Shown in pieces: positions 10,359 through 21,043 of a DNA stretch of 64,000 nt (within the stretch, counting starts at the first letter, position 1; each line of letters begins with the position of its first letter). The notes below the pieces were generated by a model that was not told the DNA's origin, did not search any database, and saw only the letters and a program-made list of their open reading frames with translations. The DNA is from Gammaproteobacteria bacterium (GTDB lineage: Bacteria; Pseudomonadota; Gammaproteobacteria; UBA4575): contig CBDCTA010000014.1 in the NCBI GenBank assembly GCA_965221955.1, forward strand, positions 8,342-72,341. The letters are read 5' to 3'. The position numbers and the translations under genes are program-made.

Positions 10359-11243
10359 ATGGCTACACGAATTTTTCTACTGATCGCGACTAACTTTGCA
10401 GTAATTGTTGTATTGGGTATCGCTGCACAGCTATTTGGGCTGGATAAAATCATGGCGCAAAATGGCATGTCAGGCCAGTTAACTGGTTTATTTATTATGT
10501 CTTTAATTATTGGTTTTGGCGGTTCGTTTATTTCTTTAGCCATGTCTAAGTGGATGGCAAAAAGATCAATGGGTGTACGCATGATTGAGCAGCCCTCTAA
10601 CCAAGTTGAACAATGGCTGATGGATACAGTGCAACGTCAAGCAGAACAAGCCAATATTGGTATGCCGGAAGTTGGAATTTTTGATACTCCTGAAGTGAAT
10701 GCGTTTGCGACTGGAATGCGCCGTAACAATGCTTTAGTTGCAGTAAGTACTGGCTTATTAAATGCTATGAGTCATGATGAGGCGGAAGCGGTCATGGCGC
10801 ATGAAATTAGTCATGTCGCAAATGGTGATATGGTAACGATGGGACTGATACAAGGTGTGTTAAATACCTTTGTAGTATTCTTGTCTCGTGTGGTTGGAAT
10901 TATTGTAGATAAAGCAGTATTTAAATCTAGAAGTGGTTTTGGTCCAGGCTATTACATTGTCAGCATCATCGCGCAAATTGTATTAGGTGTTTTGGCGAGC
11001 ATCATTGCGAGTTGGTATTCACGTCGACGAGAGTATCGTGCCGATGCCGGGGGGGCGCAATTAGCTGGGCGTGAAAAAATGGCAGCAGCATTGGAGCGCT
11101 TAAAAGCCCAACACGAGCCTCAAGAGTTGCCTGGTCAACTTGCCGCGTTTGGTATTTCAGGTGGCATGAAAGATGGGCTTAGAAAATTGTTTAGTACTCA
11201 TCCTCCGTTAGAAGATCGGATTGCGGCACTCAGAGAAAGCTAA
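10359..11243 (+). CDS. htpX: Membrane zinc metalloprotease HtpX
   Basis: NAFATG, AHEISHVANGDMVT, SRRREYRADA, STHPPL. Confidence 0.96.
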   Translation: MATRIFLLIATNFAVIVVLGIAAQLFGLDKIMAQNGMSGQLTGLFIMSLIIGFGGSFISLAMSKWMAKRSMGVRMIEQPSNQVEQWLMDTVQRQAEQANIGMPEVGIFDTPEVNAFATGMRRNNALVAVSTGLLNAMSHDEAEAVMAHEISHVANGDMVTMGLIQGVLNTFVVFLSRVVGIIVDKAVFKSRSGFGPGYYIVSIIAQIVLGVLASIIASWYSRRREYRADAGGAQLAGREKMAAALERLKAQHEPQELPGQLAAFGISGGMKDGLRKLFSTHPPLEDRIAALRES

Positions 11244-11290
11244 AAAGGAAATAGCCGAAGAAAAAACTAGACTAGTTGTAAGATTTCTAT

Positions 11291-13363
11291 CTAGAGAGAA
11301 AAGTCGTAATTAGGCTGTTCGCCTGGAGGCTGTAAGAAATTACCTTGTGTGTAATTGATGCCTAAACTCCAAAGTATGGATAAAGTATCTGCATCTTCTA
11401 TGAACTGAGCGATCACTTTAGTCCCAACAGGTTTGAGTGCTTCTGCAATTTCGCGAATTGCAGTTTGGTTTTCTTCATTGTCACTCACGCCAGACATCAA
11501 GCTGTGGCAGATTTTCACATAGTTTGCCGGTATGGCCTTTAAAATTTTCGCTGGGTTTTCGCCTGCACCAAATGAATCGATCGCAATTTCAGCTTTCATG
11601 TCTTGTAATGCAGTAACTAATATTTTTGATTCTTTAAAGTGTGATATGAGCACAGATTCTTTAACTTCAAAACATACGAAATTAGGTGAAATGCCATTGG
11701 TATTAAACTGCTCGCCTAACCACGCCGGAAGATCTTTATCCAAAATTGAGTTTGAACTCAATTTGATAAACAAACGCATATCTGCACCTTTGTTACGAAG
11801 TTCAGATAGTTTTTTCAGAGCATTGAGAATAATCCAGCGGTCTAACATTTTGCCAAAGCCAGTACGTTCAATACGCATGACGAATTCACTGGCTGGAACT
11901 AGCTCATGGTCTTTATTGCGAAGAGCGGTGTAAATTTGATAGCGCTCTCCAGGTTCTCCATGCAAACTAATTATGGGTTGATACAAAAGTGCAAGTCGAT
12001 TTTCTTTAACTGCTTCGCGTAACTTAAGTGTCCAACGCTCATCTTTTTCTTGTTCGCCCATCTGTTCATCATCAGGCTTGAAGATGACAATTTCATTTTT
12101 GTCATTTTCCCAAGCTTCATCACAACAAGTTTTAGCTTTGTTTAAAATATCAGGAACATCTGCTGTGAATTGATCGATTTTGACCGCACCAACAGCAGGT
12201 TTGATGGAAATGTAATCGCTGCCAGATGAAGTCATTAGTTCCCCGATGCTTTTAATTACACTGGCACCGAATGCTTGCAAGTCTTTAAGATCAATATTGG
12301 TTGTGAGTACGCCAAATGATTCTTCGGTTAATTTAGAGAGCGTTTCTCCCTGTGTGCAACACTGGCGTAATGTTTTGGCTACATCGTTGCTTACCTTGTC
12401 AATTGCAGCAATGCCAAATTTGTCTTTAATATCACTGAAGTTTGCGATATCAATCTGAATAAAGGCTTGGGAGGCCTTGCCTTGTTTAGCTTCGTTTGCA
12501 GCAGCATCAAGCTGGTCCATGATAGAACGACGGTGATAGAAGCCGGTGTGAACATCGCGCTCGCTTAAATAGTTTAGTTGTTCTTCTAAGTCCTTGGTGT
12601 CACCGCCACTTTCTGAACTTTGAATGACAATCTGAATACATTCTTCACCATTTAAATTTACTGCATTGTAATTAAATTTTGCGCTGAACGTTTCGTCATC
12701 ACCTTTTCGGAAATTAAGACTTGTTTCGCCAGACTCCTTAGACTTGGAAAATGTTTTTAGCAAGTCTTTCATCTTGTTTTGATCATCTGGTGCGATCAAA
12801 TCCATGATAGACAAACCATATAATTCTTCGGTGTCTGTGTAGCCAAATTTTTCTAAGTATTTTTCATTCGCGTAAGTATGCATACCTTCATGCAAATAAC
12901 AAATTGCATCACGTGAACTTTCCATGAGTTTCTTGCAACGTACTTCTAACTCATCGCAATTATCAGCTATCTCTTTGAGTTGCTGAATATGAAACTGCGT
13001 TTTTGCAGTGCTGTTTACTACGAGTTGTAAATGTTCAGGATTATTTTTATTTACTAAACTTGAAGCACCTTGTTGCATGTAAGCGACTGGATCTGCTTCA
13101 GGTGATTTTGTCAGTGCAATGATAGGAATCTCGGGTGCACGACCATTAATTGTTGAAACAGTTTGCTCTAGAGTAACTTCGTTATCTTCAAGTGCATGCA
13201 GAATAATATGTGGCTGGGTTTCGCCAAGCAGGGTGGTAAGATCATCCGCGTCTTGCGCAATTCGTGAGCGCACAGCAACCCCAGATGTTTTGATGGTGCT
13301 AACCATCATTTCAACATCATTAGGACTGCTGTCAACGAATATGAGTTGCAGCGGTTGATTCAT
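11291..13363 (-). CDS. fimX: FimX-like REC-PAS-GGDEF-EAL protein with degenerate active sites
   Basis: Domain order; ESSRDAICYLHEGMHTYAN; LLYQPIISLHG; GGDEF position reads TEESF and no EAL triplet. Confidence 0.75.
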   Translation of the reverse strand: MNQPLQLIFVDSSPNDVEMMVSTIKTSGVAVRSRIAQDADDLTTLLGETQPHIILHALEDNEVTLEQTVSTINGRAPEIPIIALTKSPEADPVAYMQQGASSLVNKNNPEHLQLVVNSTAKTQFHIQQLKEIADNCDELEVRCKKLMESSRDAICYLHEGMHTYANEKYLEKFGYTDTEELYGLSIMDLIAPDDQNKMKDLLKTFSKSKESGETSLNFRKGDDETFSAKFNYNAVNLNGEECIQIVIQSSESGGDTKDLEEQLNYLSERDVHTGFYHRRSIMDQLDAAANEAKQGKASQAFIQIDIANFSDIKDKFGIAAIDKVSNDVAKTLRQCCTQGETLSKLTEESFGVLTTNIDLKDLQAFGASVIKSIGELMTSSGSDYISIKPAVGAVKIDQFTADVPDILNKAKTCCDEAWENDKNEIVIFKPDDEQMGEQEKDERWTLKLREAVKENRLALLYQPIISLHGEPGERYQIYTALRNKDHELVPASEFVMRIERTGFGKMLDRWIILNALKKLSELRNKGADMRLFIKLSSNSILDKDLPAWLGEQFNTNGISPNFVCFEVKESVLISHFKESKILVTALQDMKAEIAIDSFGAGENPAKILKAIPANYVKICHSLMSGVSDNEENQTAIREIAEALKPVGTKVIAQFIEDADTLSILWSLGINYTQGNFLQPPGEQPNYDFSL

Positions 13364-13544
13364 AATTCTCGAGTATTCCGTACTTTAGATAGTTTTTGAC
13401 GTCAATGGTCATTTTGGCAACTGACACTCGCTATGCAACAGGCAGACGACAATGCCTTTATTTACACTTCTGAACGGTATCAGGCTCGGCCAGATCGCGT
13501 AAATTACTTGATAATTCAGGGACTTCAAAGAGTTAGTCATGCTT

Positions 13545-15359
13545 CTAGTGCTCGTCTTCATCTGGCATAGCAGGCATCTCACTATACAAAAACCTGGTAA
13601 AGGAAATGGTCTGTTCTAGCTTGTCTTGAAAAATAATGTTTTTACGTTTTCTGTTTTGTTGCACTAGTAAATTAGCACCGGACACTATTGCATTGGGCGG
13701 GGTGATAAGGGTTTTGTTGGTTCCGTTAGAAGTCTCCTCGGTGATCTCTAATACATGATCAAAACCACCTCTAAGCTTGTCTGAGCTTTGCTGGATATCA
13801 ACGACTTCTAGCACTTGGGCGGAGCCATGTAAGGTTTCAATGCCCATTTTTACACCCTGCTCAGATAGGGATTGCATCCACCGAATCACACCAAGACGCC
13901 ATTTGTCATTAGGTTTGTCTTCAAGTCGAAGCAAAATAATATCGCCAACTTGGGATTGGTAATCGGAGATATTGTTGGAATTTAAACAGTAGCCACCCTT
14001 ACTTGCATTGCTAATATCCCAAGTCTGAATTACTGGATTGAGTGTTACTTTATCAGCCACTTTTTCCTTTTCTTTTTCAGGATTCGAATTTTTTGTCTGG
14101 TTTTGATCAGCGATAACATTACCTTTGCTAATCCAATCCCAAGCATTTGCGCTTGAGATTTCATAACTTTCATCTTCTTGCTCAGAATTGAGATTGAGAA
14201 ATTGACTTGTGCGACTACTTTCGATAGGCATTAATTCCAAATTAGACCTATTGTCACTCACAAAATTTGTATTACTGTTACTGATAATGTTTCCAGTTTG
14301 TAAGACTTCTATTGCATCGCGTAACCCTATGACTATATGCACTCTGCCTTTAGGTGGTACAGCGCGTTTAGAGCTTCGAATAGGTTTATTAGTTAGTTTG
14401 TTTAGTAAACGAGCAGCTAATGACCTGTTTAGTTCATCAGAAGAAGTGGTTAAAGCACTTTCTCCATCTTCTTCAAGATTGACAGTTTCTTTTAATGCGT
14501 GAATCAATGCCGAAGCACTGATATAACGGTTTTTTGATGAAATGGGTATTTCTTGTTCGGGTATCAAGCGTACAGGCTTCGCGAGAGCTAAGTTTATGTA
14601 AAACGTGTACTCATCATTTTCTGGCAGTACATCTGAAAAATTTGTTAGGTGTACGGATTTATTTATATATGCTGAGATCTTTCCTGCTTCGCCATGTCCG
14701 TAAGTGTGTAAATTAGATAAGGATAATAAACATGCCTGAGTAAATAAAGATTTAGGAGATGATTTTGAATTTAATTCATCAATATCGTTTTTTATTTGAG
14801 TATCTGCAAATTTAAAATGTTCAGAAATTTCATAAAGCTGACATAAGTCCTGCCAGAAGCTTTGTGGTGGTTCAGAGTAAACTTGAGACAAAGTAATATA
14901 TTGTTCGAGTTGATAGTAGATTGCGTGATGAACGCAAACGACTAATTTTTTATTGCTGAGATGATTGTCGCGATTTACAGTTTCTTGAATAATTATTTTA
15001 TAGGCTACTGCTAATTCATTTAGAATGTTTTGCTGTAACTTTAAAACTTCATTTGCTTTTTTAGATAATGGAAATGGTTGGGTCTGTAAATACTTGCGCT
15101 GTTGTTTAAGAAAGTCATGAGCAACAGGCCGCATTGTTTCGATTGCAGCAAGTCTTTGTTTAGATGAATGAGCTTGACGATTTGAACGTTTTAAGCCGTT
15201 ATAAAATTGTTGTACGGCTTGATCTTGGTCTACATACGGTAAGTTTTTTATCCACTTGCGCAAATCGCGTGGCAATAATGAAAATTTATTTTCTGCCAAA
15301 GGGTCCTGATTCGGCATGGAAATGTGAGTATCGAGAAGCATAATTCCTTCAGTAAACAA
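13545..15359 (-). CDS. FimW-like c-di-GMP-binding protein
   Basis: WIKNLP, RSSKR, NASKGGYCL and WRLGVIRW motifs (PilZ-like C-terminus); adjacent to fimX. Confidence 0.6.
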   Translation of the reverse strand: MFTEGIMLLDTHISMPNQDPLAENKFSLLPRDLRKWIKNLPYVDQDQAVQQFYNGLKRSNRQAHSSKQRLAAIETMRPVAHDFLKQQRKYLQTQPFPLSKKANEVLKLQQNILNELAVAYKIIIQETVNRDNHLSNKKLVVCVHHAIYYQLEQYITLSQVYSEPPQSFWQDLCQLYEISEHFKFADTQIKNDIDELNSKSSPKSLFTQACLLSLSNLHTYGHGEAGKISAYINKSVHLTNFSDVLPENDEYTFYINLALAKPVRLIPEQEIPISSKNRYISASALIHALKETVNLEEDGESALTTSSDELNRSLAARLLNKLTNKPIRSSKRAVPPKGRVHIVIGLRDAIEVLQTGNIISNSNTNFVSDNRSNLELMPIESSRTSQFLNLNSEQEDESYEISSANAWDWISKGNVIADQNQTKNSNPEKEKEKVADKVTLNPVIQTWDISNASKGGYCLNSNNISDYQSQVGDIILLRLEDKPNDKWRLGVIRWMQSLSEQGVKMGIETLHGSAQVLEVVDIQQSSDKLRGGFDHVLEITEETSNGTNKTLITPPNAIVSGANLLVQQNRKRKNIIFQDKLEQTISFTRFLYSEMPAMPDEDEH

Positions 15360-15566
15360 TGATTTAAATAGTGCTCAAGAGCGATAAAAATGTTCTTTAC
15401 TAAGTGTATAGGCTTATACGCTTGGACAGTGCAATTTGCCCTGCGACTTATCTCTAATTCTTGAAGGTTTGTCCGGAATGAGGTGTCATTTTTGCCATTT
15501 ACAAGCATAAATGTGACGGTGTTGGCAAATTATGTTGGTTAGGAATTGGTTCTAAATTTCAGCCGA

Positions 15567-16610
15567 TTAATAGCAAATTAAGCTTTTAGCATGTCTGCCT
15601 GGTAATTCTTCAACCAGCTTGGGAACTAAGTAGCCTGGTAAATGTTTTGCAACTACTTGCATGAGCTTACAAGCTTGTGTTTTAGGTACATCAAAATGCG
15701 CAGCTCCTTCTACTTTGTCTAACAAATGCAAGTAATAGGGAAGTACTCCACTGCCAAATAATGCTTCGCTAAGTGCGACTAAGGTGGATGGCTCGTCATT
15801 GATATTGCGAAGCAGTACGCTTTGATTTAACAGTGTGCAATTTATATCTGTTAATTGTTGAAGTCTATCATGTAGCTCTTGGTTGATTTCTTGTGGATGA
15901 TTGATGTGAAGCACTATGATAATTTTGGTTGGGGAAGTTTTTATCCAATCTAATAATTCATCGCAAATACGGCTTGGAATCACTACAGGTAGTCGTGTGT
16001 GGATACGTACTCGTTTGATATGTTGGATAGAAGATATTTTTTTAATTAATTCGCTAAGTTCTGAGTCACTTAACACAAGAGGGTCACCGCCACTAAGAAT
16101 GACTTCATGAATACTGCTGTCATATTCTAGTTCATGCAGTGCTTGTTGCCATGAGTCGTGTCGTGGATTTTGTACTGAATAAGGGAAGTACCTGCGAAAA
16201 CAATATCGACAATGAATCGCGCATAAACTTGTTGCTAATAAAAGTGCGCGACCTTTGTATTTTTGCAATAAACCTGTCGATTTAACGCTTTGTAAATCAC
16301 CTACTGGATCTTTTATAAAACCACTAACTTTCTGTTGTTCATATATGGTGGGTAAAATTTGTAATAATAATGGATCGTTGGGGTTGGATTTTTGTATGCG
16401 TTGTAGATAACTTTTAGGTGCACGTAATTTGAATGACTGTTGTGATGTCAGATTGATGGGTAATTGATCAACTTTTAGTTCTAATATTTGACAGAGTTCC
16501 TCGATGTTTGTAACAGAGGATTTGTATTCTTGTTGCCAACCACATAGGGTTTTAAATTCAGTAGCAGGTTCTTGAAGCGCGTATTCTCGTGTTAGACTAT
16601 ATACATTCAT
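15567..16610 (-). CDS. epmB: EF-P beta-lysylation protein (KamA-family lysine 2,3-aminomutase)
   Basis: [11 protein letters not shown] radical SAM motif, [16 protein letters not shown]; divergent from efp. Confidence 0.93.
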   Translation of the reverse strand: MNVYSLTREYALQEPATEFKTLCGWQQEYKSSVTNIEELCQILELKVDQLPINLTSQQSFKLRAPKSYLQRIQKSNPNDPLLLQILPTIYEQQKVSGFIKDPVGDLQSVKSTGLLQKYKGRALLLATSLCAIHCRYCFRRYFPYSVQNPRHDSWQQALHELEYDSSIHEVILSGGDPLVLSDSELSELIKKISSIQHIKRVRIHTRLPVVIPSRICDELLDWIKTSPTKIIIVLHINHPQEINQELHDRLQQLTDINCTLLNQSVLLRNINDEPSTLVALSEALFGSGVLPYYLHLLDKVEGAAHFDVPKTQACKLMQVVAKHLPGYLVPKLVEELPGRHAKSLICY

Positions 16611-16643
16611 TACACTTATAAAATCTCATCTAATAATATTAAT

Positions 16644-17213
16644 ATGGCAAGTTACAATACTAATGAATTTCGTGCTGGCTTAAAGCTAAATTTAGACGGC
16701 GAACCTTATTCCATCGTAGAAAATGAATTTGTAAAACCAGGTAAAGGTCAAGCTTTTAATCGAGTTAAAATTCGCAACCTTAAAACGGGGCGGGTAGTAG
16801 ATCGCACTTTTAAGTCAGGGGAATCCGTTGAGGCTGCTGATGTGATGGATACCGATATGCAATATTTGTACAGCGATGGTGAAGAATGGCATTTTATGGA
16901 GCCTAAATCTTACGAGCAATTTGCAGTCTCAAAAGAAGCAATGGGGGATGCATCGCAATGGTTAAAAGGGCAAGAAGATTGTGTAGTAACTCTATTGGAT
17001 GGAGTGCCATTGTCAGTAACGGTGCCGAATTTTGTTGAATTACAAATTTCTCAAACGGATCCTGGTGTGCGTGGAGATACTGCACAAGGAGGTACGAAGC
17101 CAGCAACCTTAGAAACGGGTGCGGTGGTGAAAGTGCCTCTGTTTGTAGAAGAGGGAGAAGTTTTGCGAATTGATACTAGGACTGGGGAATATGTATCGCG
17201 CGTAAAAGACTAA
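16644..17213 (+). CDS. efp: Elongation factor P
   Basis: [25 protein letters not shown]. Confidence 0.98.
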   Translation: MASYNTNEFRAGLKLNLDGEPYSIVENEFVKPGKGQAFNRVKIRNLKTGRVVDRTFKSGESVEAADVMDTDMQYLYSDGEEWHFMEPKSYEQFAVSKEAMGDASQWLKGQEDCVVTLLDGVPLSVTVPNFVELQISQTDPGVRGDTAQGGTKPATLETGAVVKVPLFVEEGEVLRIDTRTGEYVSRVKD

Positions 17214-17216
17214 TGT

Positions 17217-17341
17217 CGGGAAACTCTGATTAATCATGACACTTCGTTAAAAAAATTTCTCGAAATTGCTCATGTATATACCAATACACTTCGCTCTTCT
17301 CGAAATATTTTGCCTCATTTTATAATCAATCAGGATTTCCG
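17217..17341. repeat. About 125 bp palindromic MITE-like element, copy 1
   Basis: Imperfect terminal IR CGGGAAACTCTGATT / AATCAGGATTTCCG; homologous to 38764-38889. Confidence 0.7.
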
Positions 17342-17353
17342 TTAGCTATTCTT

Positions 17354-18286
17354 ATGAGTTGGGAGCCAAGAGCGTCACAATGTGCTTTAGAGGCACGCGC
17401 TTATGTGAATGAACAAATTCGTGCGTTCTTTCGCTCAAGGAATGTATTAGAGGTAGAAACTCCGATTCTTAATACTCATGCGGTTACGGACCAGCAAATA
17501 GACAGTATTGCAACTGAGTATTCGCATTTTCTGCATACTTCCCCAGAGTATGCGATGAAAAGACTCTTGGCTTTTTATCAAACAGATATCTACCAACTGT
17601 GTAAAGTTTTCCGTGCCAATGAACAGGGCAGTCACCATCATAACGAGTTCACCATGCTGGAATGGTATCGCGTGTCATGGAGTTATAAGGATTTAATACA
17701 AGAAGTTGCTAGCTTGGTAAAGACTTTGTTGAGTCGAAGCCATGCATCACTTGAAATACAGTTGATTAGTTATCAGCAGATATTCAAAAAACACCTAAAT
17801 ATTGATGTGCAAAACGCCAGTCAGGCAGAATATTTACAAGCTTGTACAGACCATTCAATACGCTTGAATACTGCGTTGACCATACAACAGTATCAAGAGT
17901 TGGTGCTCGATCAAATTATTGTTTCAAAGCTACAAGAAAATTGTATGACTTTTATCTATGACTTCCCTGCTGAACAAGCAGCATTGGCAAAAATAAATTC
18001 AGCCGGTGATGCCGAGCGCTTCGAGTTATATCTGAATGGTTTGGAGTTAGCTAATGGTTTTCAAGAACTCACTGATGCGCGCCAACAGCAGTTGCGTTTT
18101 GAAGAGGATAACCGCAAGCGTTTACAAGAAAACAAGAGTGCGATTGAAATAGATAACCATTTTATTGCCGCACTTGAAGCAGGCCTTCCAGAAAGCGCAG
18201 GGGTGGCGTTAGGTGTAGATCGTTTGTTGATGATTATGTTGGATGTTAGTCATATTGATGAGGTCTTAAGCTTTCCAGCAGCTTAA
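17354..18286 (+). CDS. epmA: EF-P lysine aminoacylase EpmA
   Basis: LHTSPEYAMKRLL, EFTMLEWYR, ELANGFQEL, GVALGVDRL. Confidence 0.95.
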   Translation: MSWEPRASQCALEARAYVNEQIRAFFRSRNVLEVETPILNTHAVTDQQIDSIATEYSHFLHTSPEYAMKRLLAFYQTDIYQLCKVFRANEQGSHHHNEFTMLEWYRVSWSYKDLIQEVASLVKTLLSRSHASLEIQLISYQQIFKKHLNIDVQNASQAEYLQACTDHSIRLNTALTIQQYQELVLDQIIVSKLQENCMTFIYDFPAEQAALAKINSAGDAERFELYLNGLELANGFQELTDARQQQLRFEEDNRKRLQENKSAIEIDNHFIAALEAGLPESAGVALGVDRLLMIMLDVSHIDEVLSFPAA

Positions 18287-18288
18287 CT

Positions 18289-19134
18289 CTAATCTGTGGT
18301 TTTGCCTAAAGGCTGCCCCATTTTAATTTCTTGTTGCAGTTGCAAATGGTTATGCCATGTTACTTTGTTTGCTTCGAATGCCATGATTGCAGTCGAGCCC
18401 ATATTGAAAATGCCAAGTTCTTGACCTTTTTTTAATTTTACATCCGAATAGGTTTTGCGCGTTATTCGTTTACCGCGAGGTGGAGTGACTAAGCCTTCCC
18501 ACGCCATTTCTATTGCGGCTACATTGACAGCGCCGACCATTACTACTGCCATGTAACCAATTTTAGTAGAAAAGATTGAAACTACGCGTTCGTTTCTACT
18601 ATATAAACCTTTAATTACTTCTGCCGAATAAGGTGCAACACTAAAAAGTCGACCAGGCACATAAATCATTTCCACTAATTCACCATCAAAAGGCATGTGG
18701 ACGCGATGATAATTTTTAGGCGATAAATAAATCGTGGCAAAGCTACCTATATTACACAGTGAGCCGTAATTATTATCTCCACCGAGTAATTGCGACATGG
18801 AGAAGTATTGCCCCTTTGCTTGAATCACTTGGCCATTTTCATAGTTCTGAATTTGGCTAATTCGACCATCGGCCGGGCAAATAATTGAGTTTGTGTCACT
18901 GTCAATTGGTCGAGCATTGGCAATTAATTCACGCGTAAAAAATTTATTGAAGCTCAAAAATTGTTCGGGTGCTTGTTGAACAGCCTCGCTCATGTCCACA
19001 TCAAATGCGCGAATAAAAATTCGAATAGCAGGATTTTTTAATGGTGTTTCTAAACGCGTTAACCAAAAAGTAAATCGCGACATTAAATGATGAGGGAATA
19101 GGTGGAATAAAAATCCCTTAAGTTGCTTCCACAT
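18289..19134 (-). CDS. psd: Phosphatidylserine decarboxylase proenzyme
   Basis: FNKFFTREL, YLSPKNYHRVHMP, MGST autocleavage motif. Confidence 0.93.
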   Translation of the reverse strand: MWKQLKGFLFHLFPHHLMSRFTFWLTRLETPLKNPAIRIFIRAFDVDMSEAVQQAPEQFLSFNKFFTRELIANARPIDSDTNSIICPADGRISQIQNYENGQVIQAKGQYFSMSQLLGGDNNYGSLCNIGSFATIYLSPKNYHRVHMPFDGELVEMIYVPGRLFSVAPYSAEVIKGLYSRNERVVSIFSTKIGYMAVVMVGAVNVAAIEMAWEGLVTPPRGKRITRKTYSDVKLKKGQELGIFNMGSTAIMAFEANKVTWHNHLQLQQEIKMGQPLGKTTD

Positions 19135-19142
19135 ATTGTTAA

Positions 19143-19832
19143 TTAACTTTTTTGTTTTTGATTATACGCAGAGTTAATAATTTTAAAGTCATCTGCAATG
19201 ACATTTGCATCATGCGGAGTGCTAAACAATGCGGTTAGTTTGCCATCGGGTGCGATTACGAAAATATGTGCACTGTGGTCTACTAAATAATTTTCATCTT
19301 CATCATTAGGGATTGAATAAATTGCACCCAAGCTTTGTGTAAGGCTTTTGAGTTGTTCATTGCTCCCCGTTAAGCCAATCATGTCATGGTTAAAGTGTGA
19401 GACATATTCTTTTAACTTTTCAGGAGTATCACGTTTAGGGTCAACGGAGATCAAAATAGTTTGTGATTTTATATTTTCTTCTAACTTGCTGCTTGCCTGA
19501 TCTAAAACGCTTAATGTTATTGGGCATACATCTGGGCAGTGAGTGAAACCAAAAAAAATAAAGCTCCATTTGTTGTTAAGATCTTTGTTAGAAAATTCAC
19601 TGCCAAGGTGATTGGTCATAGAAAAGTTTGGTAGTTCACGAGGATTTTCATTTAAAGAAACTGCTTTCTGTAAGTTTTCTATATTGGCTGAATTTTTTTT
19701 GATGTGCTGATAAGCGTAAACAGCAATACCGATAGCAAATGCTGCGATTGCGGCGAGCATAATAGACGAGGTGCTGCCATGCTGTTGTGCATGCTTGCAC
19801 AGAGAAGTTGGATTTGCAGTAAATAAATTCAT
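19143..19832 (-). CDS. SCO1/SenC family copper chaperone (start uncertain)
   Basis: FGFTHCPDVC, SVDPKRD, YLVDHS. Confidence 0.9.
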   Translation of the reverse strand: MNLFTANPTSLCKHAQQHGSTSSIMLAAIAAFAIGIAVYAYQHIKKNSANIENLQKAVSLNENPRELPNFSMTNHLGSEFSNKDLNNKWSFIFFGFTHCPDVCPITLSVLDQASSKLEENIKSQTILISVDPKRDTPEKLKEYVSHFNHDMIGLTGSNEQLKSLTQSLGAIYSIPNDEDENYLVDHSAHIFVIAPDGKLTALFSTPHDANVIADDFKIINSAYNQKQKS

Positions 19833-19913
19833 CCTATTATTATTCCATAGCTGGCATAGGTGTATATCAAGCGAAGTAGATAGTTCAGTGCGACAAGATG
19901 TTACAATTATAAA

Positions 19914-21014
19914 ATGTCAGGTAATTCAATTGGTAAACTTTTCACGGTCAGCTCCTTTGGCGAAAGTCATGGTAAAGCCATAGGCTGCATTGTGGATGGT
20001 TGTCCTCCAGGCTTGACGCTTAGTGAAGAAGATTTGCAAAGTGATCTAGAGCGCCGTCGACCTGGCAAGTCACGGCATACCACTCAGCGACGCGAGCTCG
20101 ATCAAGTAGAAATTCTTTCCGGTACTTTTGAGGGAGTCACTACAGGTGCGCCGATAGGTCTGATCATTTATAACCAAGATGCGCGTTCCAAAGATTATTC
20201 AGAAATTAAAGATAAGTTTCGCCCTGGGCATGCAGACTACACCTACTTGAAGAAATATGGTTTGCGTGATTATCGAGGAGGGGGGCGTTCTTCTGCCAGA
20301 GAAACGGCTATGCGCGTTGCCGCAGCAGGAATCGCGCGTAAATACTTAAAAGAAAAAATAGGAATCGAGATACGTGCATACCTTGCGCAATTGGGTTCTA
20401 TTGTTATTGAGCATCAAGATTGGAATGTGGTTGAGCAAAATCCTTTTTTCTGTCCAGATGAAAATAAGGTGTCCGAGCTAGAAAGTTATATGGATGATTT
20501 ACGTAAGCAAGGTGATTCCGCAGGTGCGCGTGTAAATGTAGTCGCTAACAATGTGCCAGTAGGGCTAGGCGAACCTGTGTTTGATCGTATCGATGCTGAT
20601 ATTGCGCATGCCATGATGAGTATCAATGCGGTTAAAGGTGTAGAAATTGGTGCAGGCTTTAATAGTGTTGCACAAAAAGGTTCTGAGCATCGTGATGAAA
20701 TTACACCACAAGGTTTTGTTACCAATCATGCAGGTGGTACCTTGGGTGGAATTAGTTCGGGGCAAGATATTTTAGTGAGTGTAGCGTTTAAGCCAACATC
20801 AAGCATTCGTATTCCTGGGAAAACGATTAACAAAGAAGGTGATGCAACAGAGATTGTAACTACAGGCAGACATGATCCTTGTGTGGGTATTCGTGGCGTG
20901 CCAATAGTCGAAGCAATGCTTGCTTTAGTTTTAATGGATCATGTATTGCGTCATCGCGCTCAAAATGCTGATGTAACTTGCACAACACCAGACATTCCAT
21001 CTGCAGTTAAATAA
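19914..21014 (+). CDS. aroC: Chorismate synthase
   Basis: [27 protein letters not shown]. Confidence 0.98.
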   Translation: MSGNSIGKLFTVSSFGESHGKAIGCIVDGCPPGLTLSEEDLQSDLERRRPGKSRHTTQRRELDQVEILSGTFEGVTTGAPIGLIIYNQDARSKDYSEIKDKFRPGHADYTYLKKYGLRDYRGGGRSSARETAMRVAAAGIARKYLKEKIGIEIRAYLAQLGSIVIEHQDWNVVEQNPFFCPDENKVSELESYMDDLRKQGDSAGARVNVVANNVPVGLGEPVFDRIDADIAHAMMSINAVKGVEIGAGFNSVAQKGSEHRDEITPQGFVTNHAGGTLGGISSGQDILVSVAFKPTSSIRIPGKTINKEGDATEIVTTGRHDPCVGIRGVPIVEAMLALVLMDHVLRHRAQNADVTCTTPDIPSAVK

Positions 21015-21043
21015 TTCAGTACTCGCTTAACGTTTTTTAATTT

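Noticed and set aside
13364-13544. c-di-GMP riboswitch or sigma54 promoter upstream of fimX
   Set aside because: No convincing GEMM motif or correctly spaced GG-N10-GC seen by eye
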